This document shows, piece after piece, positions 1 through 13,300 of a stretch of DNA of 63,069 nt (positions are counted from its first letter, which is position 1; every line of letters begins with the position of its first letter). Below the pieces are notes generated by a model. It had not been told where the DNA came from, ran no database searches, and worked only from the letters and a program-made list of their open reading frames with translations. The DNA comes from Bilabrum cf. latius (Eukaryota): NCBI GenBank assembly GCA_965178125.1, contig OZ237752.1, forward strand, positions 1,054,001-1,117,069, read 5' to 3'. The position numbers and the translations under genes are program-made.

Positions 1-3000
1 GCGGGCGGAGCGAGCACCCGAGGCCTCCCCAGGGCCCTGCTTTGGACCCCGTTGGTCAAGCGGCATCGGAAGGATCATAGCGAGCTCGCTGGCCAGCGGG
101 GAGGCGCGGCGGACACGTCTCTAGCCGGACTGCCTGGGACTGCGGGGCCTGGCCCCGGACTCGTGCAAATGACCCCCCGCAGTGCCCAGGCCCGTGCCCA
201 CGGTAGAGGCACTGCCCCCGCTCATGAGAGCAGCGGCCGCTGCGGCCTGCCGAGCTGCGGGGGTGGGCGCGCGGGGCGAAGGGGGTCGACTGCTGCCTCG
301 TGGTTGTGGTTCGGGGGCGTCCAGGAGCGCGCCCTAGGATCGCCCTGCCTGATCACCGAGAGCGGGCCCCGCTGGCCTGAGCGCACGCCTCGCATCTCTC
401 CGGAAGACGTACACGTGCTGCGCACCCCCCAGCGCGATCGAGTCTCCATCCTCCAGCACAACGTCCTCCTTCGCCACGCGCCCGTTCACGCTCACCCAGG
501 CATCCGCGGCGGGTCTCAAGACGATCGTCCCGCGCTGCACGCGCCTGGCCACTTCGGGAGACAGCTGCGCCGAACCGGCACCACTGGAGGATCCCACGAG
601 CGGCCCAGGCGCGTGCAGCACGAGGCAGTGTTCCGGCAGCATCCCCGGCCCGCCCAGTCGCACGTCCTGGGCAGCATTCGCCCGCTGGCCCCCCGCCCCT
701 ATCCTGGTGACTCCGAGCCTGAGAGGGAACATGAGCGCCGCAGTGAGCAAGGGGTCCTCGCTGGCGTTGACGAGGCAGGGCAGGCCCAGGGAGCGGGAGG
801 CGCGGGCCACTGCCACCGAGGGGGAGTCGCTCTAGGGGGGCAGGCCGAGCGGCGACATCAGGGCGGCCGGTCGGGCTGCTCTCTGGGGAGATGGCAGGGA
901 GGCCAGTCCAGGCGGCGGGATGGCGTTCTTTCTTTCCGTCTGCGTGCTCTGCATCGGTGCCTCGATCGATGCGTTCCCTCTTGGCGACTGTCCTGCGCCC
1001 GGCATTCCATCTGCCTGCAGGTGCTCTGTGGCCCATCGTCCACCCGCCACCGCGCCCTCCTCCACCTCCGCCCCGTCCGACTGCAGCTGCAGCCCAAGGG
1101 ACGCCAGGGCCTCCCGCCTGCGCCTCCACAGCACCGCCGTCCTGCGCCTCTTGTCCGCCCAGCTCTCCGAGTGACGAGTGAGGGCCTCCTGGTACGCGCA
1201 CAGCCGCTGGAGGAGGGTCCGCAGCGGCAGTTTCTCGCTGGGCGTCCCCTCGTCCCGGCCCCCCGGGATCATGCGGTCGATGCCCCGCCGCCTGGCCTCC
1301 TCCTCCTCCTCCTGGGCTGCCCGCCGCCACATGGGATGCTCAGGGTCCCAGAGCCCCCCGTCCCAGCCGAACTCGCCGCCCAGAGACACGAGAGCCTCTT
1401 GCGCCTGCCGACTCAGCACACCATCGCCATCGCCCTCGCCCTCGTCGCCCTGTTCCTAATCGCCATCGCCGCCACCAGGACTACTGCCTGCAGCATGGGC
1501 CGATTTCGTCCGGCTGTCCTCCCGGCTGTCCTCCCGCTGACCCGTAAGACCCGGGGATACCCGCGGCCCACGGGACGGACTCGCCGGCGCGGAGGCAGAC
1601 TGCGGCTGGGGCAGGGCATCGGCTGGACGAGCGGCGGTTGGAGCACCCCCACCGCCAGCCACGCTGTGTCGGCGAGGCCGCAGGGGAAGACCGGGCGGGG
1701 CCCCTTCCTACAAGCCGCTGCCCTCGTCTGCCTCCGTCTGGCTTGCGGCCCCGGACGTGCTCGAGGGTTGCCTCGACCTGCGTCCCCGGCCCCTCCTCTT
1801 CCTCTCCTGCTGCGCCCGCTGGAGCAGTCGCTTGGCCACGCGCGGAGACCGCAGCCGCACAAGCACTTGCAGCCGGTGCACCTCTGCCTGCAGATCCGCG
1901 GCCAGTCGCCTGGGCTGGTGCTGATTTACAGCCACCCTGGTGGTGACGTGCCTCGCCGAGGAGGCGTACCTCAGCGTGCTCAGGGTGGCGGCGAAGTCCC
2001 GATCCGCGGGGCTCACAGCTGCCAGGAGGGTGGTGCGTGCATTGCCCTGGAGACAGTCCCGCAGAAGGAAGGACAGCGCGCTGCTGCGGTAGGGCACAAA
2101 GGGGGCAGGTGGAGCGGTGCGGCCCCTCTGAATGGCAGCAGCCGTCGCTCTCGCGTGCTCTGCCAGTGTGCTGAGGCACTGCGCCAGGGTGAACAGGCTC
2201 CGGTTGATGGCCTTGGTTTCCCGCCGCCTGCTGAGGGCCTTGCCACGAGCCCCCGTGGCCAGCTCGGCCATCGAGGGACCCTCCACGGAATCTCTCGAGG
2301 CGGCATCGCCTGCCCCACCCTTGAGGCTCTCGCTGCCGGCAAGGTCCACGAAGCGGGCGGAGGCGGTGCGCCTCGTCTCTCGCCCCGTCTGCGTGTCCAG
2401 CAGCTAGTGCGACACGTGCACCGTCAGAACCGCGTGGGACCGCGAGCTTGCCCTGTTCCTCTCCGTGGATGCCACTGCCCTGGCCTTGGCGGCGTCGTCC
2501 AGCAGCGCCGCGGCCTCCTCGAAGGACGTGATCGCGTGCCGGCTGAGACCCTGCACCACGACACCCACGCCGGGAGCCTCTCTCAGCCGCAGCTCCGACC
2601 GCTTGCCCTTGCCGGCACCATCTTCCTCGCCCTCACTGGGCCCCAGGGAGGGCGCCAGGAGATCCCTCATCTTCTCCGCGTATATCTCCATGAAGCTGAC
2701 CTCCACGGTCACTGCGTGCAGCTCCCTGGGGCGGCCGCTGCTGGCTTGATCGACAGAGTGCGCATGCAGCAGGGGGTTGGCATCTGCCCCGCCGTCCAGG
2801 CCGCACCTAGCGTGTGTCTCCTTAACTAAGGCGAGCAGGCGCCTCAGGAACCGAGGCACAATCCCCTGTAGCGTGGCGGTGGTGGGCACGCCCTCGGGCA
2901 CGCCCCCGAGCGAGCCACCTGCCCCTAGAAGAGGAATGGCCTCCGGCGTCGGTCCCAGCAGGCTGAATGTCTTGCCGCTGCCTGTCATCCCGTAGGCCAG

Positions 3001-5067
3001 CAGAGCACTGTTTACCCCCCTCCACGCGTCCCGCAGCAGTGGCATACCCGCCGCCTCGAACACTACAGCCTGCGAGGCCACGATCCGTCGACGGGCTGCC
3101 TGTGGGGGAGATGGATTGGGCCCGGCGCCGGCTGCCGGTAGCATGCCTGGGTCCTCGCTGGGCTCCGAGTCAAGCACCCCGTCCACCACGAACGAGTGCG
3201 AGTCCCCCGACCTCGCCCTGCCCACGGGCCGCAGCACCGTCACCCTGGTTGGCAGCACGGGAAGCTCATCGCCCCGCGACTGCTCTCCCTCGGTACTGGC
3301 TGCCGTCCCTGGCGCGTCAGCCATGCCCGACCCCTGCCCGTGTGCCGGCACCACCACCACCCTTGCTGCCCCAGCCGATTGTTCCTCGCCTGACAATGGG
3401 CGCACGCGCAGCAGCACCCGCACCCTCGCGTCCTGGCTGGGTCCGGAGGGCGCCCCCGGCGGCATGGCATCCAGCAGCCTGCCTGCATCCATGCTCGCTG
3501 CATGACCCCTGTCCACGGGTGGGTCCCCCTTGTCCTCTGTGCTGGTGGCCAGAGACAGGGCAGAGGATGAGGCAGCATCGGCCGCAGCTGCCTCCCCGTC
3601 GCTTTGAGACCCACTCTCCTGCGTCGGCCGGCTGCCCGTTTCCCCCAGAAGAAGCACGTCTCTCGACCGGATCACGCCCTTGCCTCTTCCGGTGGGTAGC
3701 ACCGCGGATGCAGCGCCAATTTCTGCTCTGCTTTTGTCCATTGTGACCGGAGGCACGTCAGAGACTCTCGGGTCTCTGGGTCTCGTGAGTTCCACCGCGA
3801 GCGAGGGCTCGAAGGCGCTCAGCAGCAGCACGCGCAGCTGGCTCGAGTCGGCCTCGGCTGCCACTGCGAGCACCCGCCTGCCGACTCCCTGCCCTCTCAG
3901 CACGGCGAATACCAGCTTACGTACGAACGTCAGCTACCCGTCGGTGTTGTACGCAGGCCCGTTCAGCAGCTCGCGGAGGGAGCCGGGCATGGGTAGAGCG
4001 TCCGATTCCAGCCTCTGCCGCGCGTTGAAGCGCCGCAGCAGCTCGCGACAGCTCTGCAGGGCGCGGCGCTCCGCCCGGGCCACGTCAGGCATTGATCTAG
4101 GGCCTGCCGGTGGCGATGTCTGGCTCTTTACCTATGGATGGCCGCTGGAGTTCACCGGCAACGGGTGGTATCGTTTCTAGGAGCCGCCGAGCGAGCCGCC
4201 TTCGCCGCTGCCTGGGTCAGACTGCATTGCACGGTGGTTGGCAGCATCACCTGCAGCACTGCTGCCATCGAGAGCACTCGTCCCGGGCCCAGTTCCAGTC
4301 CCGGCCCTGGCCCCAGATGCATGCTTGCCTAGTGCTACACTGACAGGTAGGTCGTGCCCGGCCGGGTCACGCGCGCTGCCACTGCCAGCCGCCCTCGGGG
4401 GTGACACCGCGCGCACCACGCGGGCATCTGCAGTGGCTCGGCCCACTCCTCTGCCCCTCATGGATCCAGAGGACCGCGGGTCGGGCGGGCTCCCGGCGAG
4501 CAGGCTGGCTCCAGCGGCGGCGCGAGGGCCACGCGGGCCTGGGGGGCGAGAGGCACCCTGCCGTAGGCCGCTCGACTGCAGCACCGGGGCGAGGTCGCCT
4601 CGATGGCGCCGTGCCGACTGGCGGGGGCTAGACTTTGGACTGAGTCGAATGCGCTTGTCTGGGGCTGGTATGTCTTGTTTGCCTTCGGTGGCTGATGCCA
4701 GTCTGGCCCGGCGCAATCTCTGCAATCTCGCCGCCCTGTTGCCCGCTGGGATTGACTTGCTTGGAGCAGCGCCGTGCATCCCGCCCGAACGTTCGATTCC
4801 CGATGCTATGCTACGACTAACGGGATACGGAGCTTCACCTGGTGGTACTGCTGACGACTAGCGCTAGCTTGGTGCATCGTCGGCGGGCTTGCTCGCCACA
4901 CGATCGAGATAGAGCGCTGCAGTGCGCTACAAGTCGGAGCCAACTCCATTCGGTGATGATGTAGATGCAGCAGATACTAGCTTTCCTGCCCGGTCTCGAG
5001 CAAGCCTCTCCCTGTTTCTGCGTAGCCTAGCCAACCGAGCGGCTGCTTCCTCCTAGCTGGATGACAT
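1..5067 (-). CDS. Kinesin-3-like motor protein with FHA domain (3' end runs off the window); in-frame TAG read as sense
   Basis: ORF-track pieces 4177, 2404, 1708, 1456, 832 and 334 share one frame and each ends at TAG, with no TAA/TGA from ATG 5067 to base 1. Motifs: AYGMTGSGKTFS (P-loop), SSRSHAV, DLAGSE, HVPYR-like FVPYRSSALS, LVNASEDPLL, and FHA-like GVTRIG...EHC. Confidence 0.9.
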
Positions 5068-5322
5068 TAGCCGAATAAACCAAGCTACTAATTTGTTCTT
5101 GAGATGGAATAGATCAATTTAATGTAAAGCTTCCAATGAAATTTAGAAATTTCGTTTTGTGTCACCGTCACGGCTCGTGTGTTTATTGCTTTGCAACGGC
5201 GACTTGAACACTGCATGTGTGACGAGTGGCTACGCATGCTGCAGCGTGTGGTGTGGTATGTGCAGCGAGTGCTCCCAAATTCACTGAGTTATATCGTGGT
5301 GAGCTGTACAGCCAGTTCCCTA

Positions 5323-6978
5323 TCAGTAGTCTCCGTCGGGTCTCTCCTCCCTCCTCATGTACTCCTCGCGCCTCTCGACCAGGATGCGCTCGTACCGGCG
5401 GCGCCTCCACCCACGCATGGGCGTGTCTTTCGATTTCTTCCCCTCTCCAGCAGGGACCGAGAAATACGTCCACTGAAGGGCATCGGGCACTTGCCCCACA
5501 TCCTGCTCGGGGGCAGCCGAGGACCGCGTGGCCGACCACCCGGGCTCGGGCCTCCAGGGCCTGGGCGCACCCATGGCCCCGATGGCCGCATATCCAGCTG
5601 CCTCCTGCTGCTTCTCCCCCCCGTCCTCGGTACCCGCCCGCAGGAATCCCTTCCATCGTTCGTGGTGCGCATCCACCAGCCTAGAGGCGAATTCCCTGCC
5701 GAAGACCATCCCGTCAAAGAGCAGCTCGGCCCGCTGGGACCGGACCCGAAGCTCTCGCGAGGACGCCCACAGCTGGCACTGCCGCACGTGGGCCAGCAGC
5801 ATCTCGTGCCGCGGGTTCAGGACCTCTCCCTGCTCGCTCCTGAGCCACAGCTTGTGCAGGTTGGGCAGCCTGGGCACGTCCTCGGCGTCGCTGAAGGCAG
5901 AGGCCTGCCGGGGCACAAGGTCCTCCCGCGGGATGCTCTGCGGCTCCCCGCGCGCCTCCCGCTCCCGCGCCTCATGCAGCAGCTGCGCCAGGCCGGGGTC
6001 GTCCTCCGCCAGCACACCCGCCTCGAGCTCCAGCCGCTCCAGCGCCGCCGCCTCCCTCCTGGAGGCCTCCTCCGATGCGCCCTCGTCCGCTGCAGACAGC
6101 TCGCCGTCAGCCCCCGTCATCGCATCCGCTGCGCGCATTGCGTGGTCTGGCAGGTCCTCCGGCACAATGGGCTTCAGCACCTCGCCACTGGGCCGCAGCA
6201 TGTGCTGCGCAGTGACCGGCACCTTCCCCTCCAGCCCCCTGCGCACCAGCACGCGCTCCCCCAGAAGCACCCACTCCACGCCCTCGCGACCGTCCAAGCC
6301 GTGCCGACGGGCCGCGGCGGCCTCCTCCCCGGCCACTCCACCGGTGGGCCAGCGCATGGCAAAGGCTCCCGCGGGTATCACCATGACAACCTCGCCGTCC
6401 CTCGCGCACTGGGGCCCCCCTGGCAGCATCAGCATCGAGAGCGGGCGCCCGTCCGACCCCATCGGGGGGACCCAGCACGCACCCGCGTCATCAGATTCGC
6501 GTGCACTCTACAGCACCGCCCCGTCTGCCTCCGAGAGCGCCCTGGTGCCCCCATCCACCGTGGAGGGGTCGGGCAAGGACACTGCGGCCGACTCGGCGAC
6601 AGCCCTGTCTACCGTGCCGGTCGCGTCACCCTCTCCGTACGACCCAAAGCAGGGATCCGCGAACGTTTGGGGGATAAATAGCAGATCGGATGGTGTGCCA
6701 AGCAACAGACGCGAGGCCGACCCGTCTTGGGCCCTGGGAGGTCGCAGCGGATTCCACGGCGATTCCAAGTCCAACTAAGATGGCTGCAGCGAGCCTTTCT
6801 TGGCGATACAAACTGCATTCAGTCGCTTTGTATTCACAATTTTGGCTGGGATGCTGTGCCAGGGGCTTACTGTTTCCCCACTGCGCGCAAGTTTGGTGTG
6901 TACGAAGCTCAGTGACAGACGTGAGTGGGTGTTCAGATGAGGAAAGGCCGTCGTCATGCCGATATACTCACGAGACAT
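5323..6978 (-). CDS. Divergent family I soluble inorganic pyrophosphatase-like protein, probably catalytically inactive; 5' end uncertain
   Basis: Pieces 6775-6978, 6508-6774 and 5323-6462 are in frame, joined by TAGs, ending at TGA. Recognisable PPase segments in the correct order: SPWHSIP, WNPLR, IPQTFADP, GEVVMVIPAG, VEWVLLG. The DxDPxD motif is replaced by SDGRPLS. Confidence 0.6.
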
Positions 6979-7370
6979 CCCTATAAAGCCGATAATTATT
7001 CTACAAATGATGCCCTACGGGCACTTCCTAATCCAAAACTGTCTCTCCGTAGTAGCTACGCCGTGAGCCCTGGAAGACTTGAGGAAGTCGTCTTCGCTAA
7101 CAACTCCAGACCATATTTCCGAGCCTACTCCCAAGCCGAACCATAGACAGCTATGCTTTGACCCTATTCATCACTGAATTCGGCAAAAGACGCACGAATC
7201 AAGGATATATTTATGGAAATTGTCGCTGCGTGGGCAGCGTTACCCGGAGTCATAAATGAGTAGCGTGCGATCATTGTTTTTGTCGTGCCAAACATCCAAT
7301 AGTTTGTGTATGGATGGTTCGTTGGCTCGATTAAATGGAGCATTGCTGGTTTAAATTTACTTGAGTCGCT

Positions 7371-10300
7371 ATGGAGCGTAGCTACACGGACGATAAATCG
7401 TCTCGATTCAGGGACAACGCGCCAAACCAACTGGAGCGGACTGGTTCCGGCTACAGTCCGGCATACCAAGCTTCTGCAGGAGTACCAACTCATTTTGGCG
7501 GCTAGGCCACTCACTCATTGCATGATTCTCTGGGTCACCCCGGAGGGCCTTGGATCGGAGGAACAGCGTCTTCGAGACAAACGACAATTAGACATGCGGC
7601 CCAAGGTTCGAATGTCCACGAGCAGCAGTCACGTTACACAGCAGAAGAAGTGCCGGCTACTGCGCAATAGCCTGCATCCTAGGATTAGAATCTTGCTGTT
7701 TCTACTGATGCTTACATTGGGACACCTGGCGTCGTACAGGCTCGCAGTGCCGGTGGATCGACGACTGCATTGATTTCAGGCATGAAACCGGGTGGATTCC
7801 AGGTGGCCAAAGCGCCACCTTCGCTGCGCGCTAGCAATCACACGAGCCGTATGCTAGGTCCGACCGAAGTTGCGGCGGTCCCCTCCCAACGAGCTGCGTT
7901 GCCGCGAGATTTGGCCGCCTAGACGAACGTGGCCCGTGTGTAGGCTGCCCACCAGCCCACTAGTAGCAGCAGCGGCAGCAGCGGCAGCAGCAGCAGCAAT
8001 GCCTTCCCAAGGCCGACATAGGACGCTGCTCCGGGCCAACAGAGCAGAGCGGGCGCAGTTGAGGACGCACTACAGCGAATCAGGCAGATTGAACGCTGCC
8101 GTAGCTACCTGCTCCGCCAGCAGTCGGTACTGGGGCCTGCCTTGGGCCTCATAGACGAGAAGCACCAAAATACCGAAACCACAAAGTAGCTGGCTGAAGA
8201 GATGGTCGCGGGTATCGTCCGTCACGTGCACGCGCAGCACCGAGCTCTCGGCCCGACTCAGTACGAAGCGGCTCTGGCTGGAGCGTGGCAAGGGGTGCAC
8301 GCGTGTATCGCACAACACGTGCTCGCGATTGCTGAAGGGGCCGAGGCCCTCGGAGCCGCCGCGGAAGAGACTATGGAGGTGTGCCACACAACGCTGCGAC
8401 ATGAGCAGCAATTGTATCTCAACCACGTGTGCTCGTAGTGCGAACACCTACACTCGCTGACTGGCCAAAACCGTTGTCTGTTGCGTGCCCTGGCCCCTCA
8501 TGCCAGGGCAGGGGACGAACACCGGATGCAAGCGTCATTCTGGCATGTGTATTACCACATGTCACTGGGATCATGCCTGCCTATCAAGCCGAGCGGCAGG
8601 GCACTCGCCGCTCTCGATGTGCAGGCGAGGCTGAGGATTGACCCGAGCGCGCCTGGGATGAGACCGCGCGGGCTCGTAGACCAGTTCAGGGACGCAGTTG
8701 GCTGGTTGCGACGGACAAGAGAGTGCTCAGAAGCCTCAACTAGTACCTATCGCAGCATGGGAGCAGCTGATGGAGGATCTAGTGGGCCTCCGACTTTCCT
8801 TCGGCGAGGCCAGCTCGTGGCCATCCAGCCGAGGGGTGGTCCTCTAGGCGTGCGAGCTGGGCGTAGGATCCTAGACGATCGGGTGCCTCAGCTGGGCATA
8901 ATATGGAGCATGGATGGGACGCAATAGTGCGAAGTGCTGCTGCTATGCAGACCTTCTGGCTTGCGATGTCCAGGCGAAGCGCTCGCAAGGCACCCACAAC
9001 TGCTGGATGAATACAGCCCTCGACCGCGTCCTGCCGATCGTGAAAGCAGCAAGCAGCCACAGGCGGCCAGGCCCCATCCTATAGTTGGGGCTGAAAATCC
9101 TTCGCGCGCATCAAGCAAGGAAGCGCCATCTTCGCGGCTCACCCGACACGCGTCCATGCGCCGTCGGAGCGACACCAGGCAGCAGCCCGTAGTGGACCCT
9201 ACAGCCGATCCAAACGTTGAGGTGCGTGCGACTGGGGACGTTCATAGCATGAAACAGGCGGTAATTCGAACTAGGATTCGGCTGTGCGTGCTGGTCCGAT
9301 CTGCCGATCGATCGCCCAAGGCAGGCGGAAGCATCGCGCACAGGGGCGCCCGCGTGGATGAGGCCAGGAGGAGGATCCAGCAGGCCACAGGAAGCGGACT
9401 GCACGCCGCCGCCATGGCCTCTGCTTTGAGTCATCGCCGAGAGGATCCTTCGATTGCAAGGCCAGGTGCTGTAGAACCGATCATCATGTCAATGCCAACG
9501 GCCTCGCTTGTACCGCTTGCTGGTGTCGTATCGGATGAGGCAACCAAGCCAGGCACAGTGCCAACAGTCTCGTTCGCCGTGGACTGTGGCCTCGAGTCTG
9601 ATGCAGAGGAAGATGCCCCGAGGCAATCGCCCATTGGCCTGTTGTATGGCGTTGGTGCCTTGCGATGCAGGGGCACCGAGCTGAATCCGTTGCTTGACAC
9701 GCCGTTCACAACACCCATTGCGGATTCGGCTGTGAGCCTCTCTCTCAATTTCAGGAGCTCGCTTGCTCAAGGAGAGACCGATTCTGCACAGAAGAAGCTA
9801 TCTGCCAGGCGCACGGCCAGACAGGCCGTGGAGCGAATCTTGCAAGAGGCCCGCTCAAAGCTGCAGTTCCAAATGCCGGGCTTGCAAGTGTAGCACTCTG
9901 AGCGCGACTGGCTTCAGCGGTGGGATCACGTGCTGAAGGCCTTGCCCGATTGGAGACTGAAGCAGTGCCTATGGGTCGATCCGCTGGGACCGCGGGGCCG
10001 GGTGTGCTGGTCGATGGCCTAGTGGAACGACTGTGCGGCGCTGTTTCCGGGCTTTTTTGCCGAACACGTCACATCGCACGCTGCTCAAGACTACATGCAA
10101 GCCCGCCTGTACTAGATTGCGAGCCAATGCGAGCGACAGGCTGGCTTGGAGGCGTACCCTGCCATGCCGCACTCGATCCCCCGTGCGTTGTTTCATATCA
10201 CAGATGGTATCGCAACCTACAGTGTTAGCACAAAGTACGGAGAAGCAGAGAAGCTGATGAATCAGCTCAGCCCCGCCGTTCCAGCCCGCTGCTTGCAATT

Positions 10301-13300
10301 TTGGCTGCTCCTGTGCCAGGTACCGCCATCGTTGGTGTTACTCATTGTGTTCGGCTGCATTGGCAGAAAGCCTGTCGCTCCCTCCGACGCGAAGCAGTCG
10401 CACGAAGGTTTCAATGGTGTTCCAAATGGACATGCCGGCCACGACGCTACCAGATAGTCTGCAGGTGCTGGTCAACCGGCAGCTGGCAGGTCGGTGGCCG
10501 CTGGCAGCGCCGTGGTATACAGACTCGTTGAGGAGGGTGCTCGCGTGCTGCAGGAGGAGGTAGGCATGGGGCAGGACTCGCTCGATGCGTTGGACAGCGT
10601 GTGGGTGGAACTGAGCATGACTGTGTCTGGAGAGCATGGGCGAGCACTTGGCTCGGAGGAAAACGATTCCGCCCCGCGAATCCCGCCATTTGGCTAGCAC
10701 GTTGTGCTGGCCTGCGTCACGGCGGTTCGAAGGGTCGGTCACTTGGCCGCAGCAGCCATCGACAGGATCCTCGACCTTGGCCTTGAGATGAGCAAATTGC
10801 TGGGCGACCAGCTTGGGCTGCCTGGACGCTCCGATCTGGAGTCAGATCTGGTGTTTCGGGCATGTGATGCGGGGTGGAAGCTCGCTGGTATGCTGACCCC
10901 CGTGCTGGTGGTGGAGGAGGTGGGCTTGCAGCGGAAGGAATCTGCGAAGCCAGACGAGATGGCATCCGATCAGGTGTGCAGCTCGTGGCTCCGAAGGATT
11001 GCTGCCGCTTGCAAATTGCGGCTGGAGCGTCCTGAACTGCAATGGCGAGATCCTGGGCAATGGATGCACATAGATATTGCCGGGCTTGCTTGTGTAGACC
11101 CATGGGGACGGGTTCAAGCTCTGCAGTCCGGCGTGCCATAGACTCTCATGCATGTTGTGAGGTAGGATGCATCGTTGGCTCCAGGGTCAAGCTCGGCCTC
11201 GGTGTCACAACCACTCCAATAGAACGGCCACACGGAGGCCGCAAGCGCCAAGCCGAATGCGTGGCTGGTGGGCAGTAGCAATACTGCTCGATGCCTGAGG
11301 ACATTTCTCGGTGAGGAGCAGCAGAGGCTTGCGCTTGCGTCCGGGGGTTCTTTGCAGCCGCTGCCAGTGCAATCGTCGGACTGGGTGGATTGTAGCCATT
11401 CCCTAATGCTGGATAGGAGCATCGCCAGCTTTGCAGATAGCATGGGGCTGCAGTGGGAGGAGCGTGTGAAGCGGCGGCTTCAGTGGATCTAGTCGCGGTG
11501 GGAGCAGGCCGAGGACCAGTTCACGAGAGGGCTGCCCCCCGTGTCTCTGGGCTCACTGCTTGCCCTTGCCTCTTGGCCCCCGGGGGAACTGGTGCCCGAG
11601 TTGCTGGCCGGGAAGGTTCGCCAGCCAGCGATGATGTCGGTTCTGTACGACGAGTTACAGAATGACGACTCGAGTCTGGACCTGGGCAGCATCGTGCCTG
11701 CCTCTTGGATCCCGAGCGATTGTATGCGGGTGCTGCGCTATGCTTTCGATGCGCACATCGCAGCTTCTACTAGCGACCCCGAGATCGGTGGCCTGGCCGC
11801 CCTGGCCCAGTCGTACACATTTGGGGACAAGGCAGTGCCGGCTGAAGCGGAAGGTAGGGAGCATCCAGCCGGATGTCTCGCTGGTGATGAGTGGCTGCGC
11901 TTATTGATGCTCGCGTGGGTGGGCAAGCACGGCCAGCTGCCCGACTGCCAGCTGAGCGGGGCCCCGCTGAGCGCGGCGAGCGGCGTGACCGACGCGAGGC
12001 GCATCCTGTGGGAGGAGGCAGCCGGGGCAGCCATTCTGCTGCAGGACCTGGACGAGTCTGAATCTGAGAACGAGTCCGGTGGAGAAGGTGACTCAGAGCA
12101 CGGGCCCGTGCCGAGTCATGAGCGCACCCGGGTCGATTCGGATCGGAGACCATCCAGGAGGAATTTAGAGGCGTGCGGCGTCCTTCAAGAGAACCGAAGG
12201 GTTGGTCGGTGGTGGGAAATAGTGGACAAGTCAACGCCGATCGTGCCGGTGGGAGATCCTCTGCCTGGTCTCATGGAGGCTCTGCCCGCAGATGCTAGAC
12301 AGCTCGTGGTTGATGCTGCATGGGGCGTAGAGTTTGGAGCGCCGTCCTCTACCGAGCAGCCCAAGATGTCAGACGATCCACACAGCACACAAGAGATTGA
12401 CTAGGTCGCGTCCGCCACAGGCTCAAGCGCGAGTGCAAGTTCACTCTCGCGCTCGAGCCAGAGTGAGCCTGCCCAGGCGTGCAAGTCTCCAGCTCCTGCC
12501 GATGCACCGTTGGGCTCTGGAGCAGACAGCCCCGAGGAGCCATCAAGCTAGCGCGAGAATCAATAGCAAGAGCCCCCCCGGCTCCAGGCTGTTTCGTCCT
12601 GCCACATCCTTCCGCCAGGCAGTGCTCTACGAGAGGATGCCCCTGAGGCACCCATCAGCTCGAAGCGAGCTCGGCGCCTTGAAGACCTGCTCGAGCTGCG
12701 CGGGGAGGGGCTGGTGGGCCGCAGGGTGGTCTTGCGGGGACCGCTGCCAATGCGGCTGACCTCCCTGGGCAAAGAGACCACGGAGGCAAGTGCTTGCGCC
12801 AGGGCGCGGCTTAGAGGAGCCTCAAAGCGGTGCAACTTGAAGGCAGACGGGCCTGTGCCCGGCCCTGGGCTGGACAGCGAATGGGATGCGCGAGACATAT
12901 CCATGGAGCCGTTGATGGCGGACAGGCTGAGGCGCATGGGCCTGGTCAGGCACGACCTGCCGGGGGCCAGGGAGGGTACGAGCCCAGAGTGGTATCGAGG
13001 CAGCTGGACGGAGCCGTGCTGGAGGCAGGCGCAGGTGGAAGCCTATTGCCCCGCGATTGGCATGCACCTGGTTGTGCTTGACGCGGTTGTGCCGCATGCC
13101 GCCGATGAGGGAGAAGAAAAGCGAGATGACGGGTCAATCGATTCAGGTGATGGAACGATGGCGGAGCCAGCACTTGGCAGAAGCAACGATCAGAGTGGCA
13201 CGAACGGAAGTGACATGCAAGGGGCAACTGAGAAACCAGGCCTAGCGACTGGCTGGGGGGCGGTGGACGAGGACTAGCAGCAAGCCATCGCCCTTAGTCT

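Noticed and set aside
52-2829. 925-aa plus-strand ORF
   Set aside because: Antisense shadow of the GC-rich kinesin gene, with no recognisable motifs. The same applies to most other overlapping ORFs in the track.
7961-8000. TAG-TAG-CAG-CAG run as poly-Gln evidence
   Set aside because: In the frame of the long SET gene this stretch encodes poly-Ser/Gly, so it says nothing about TAG.
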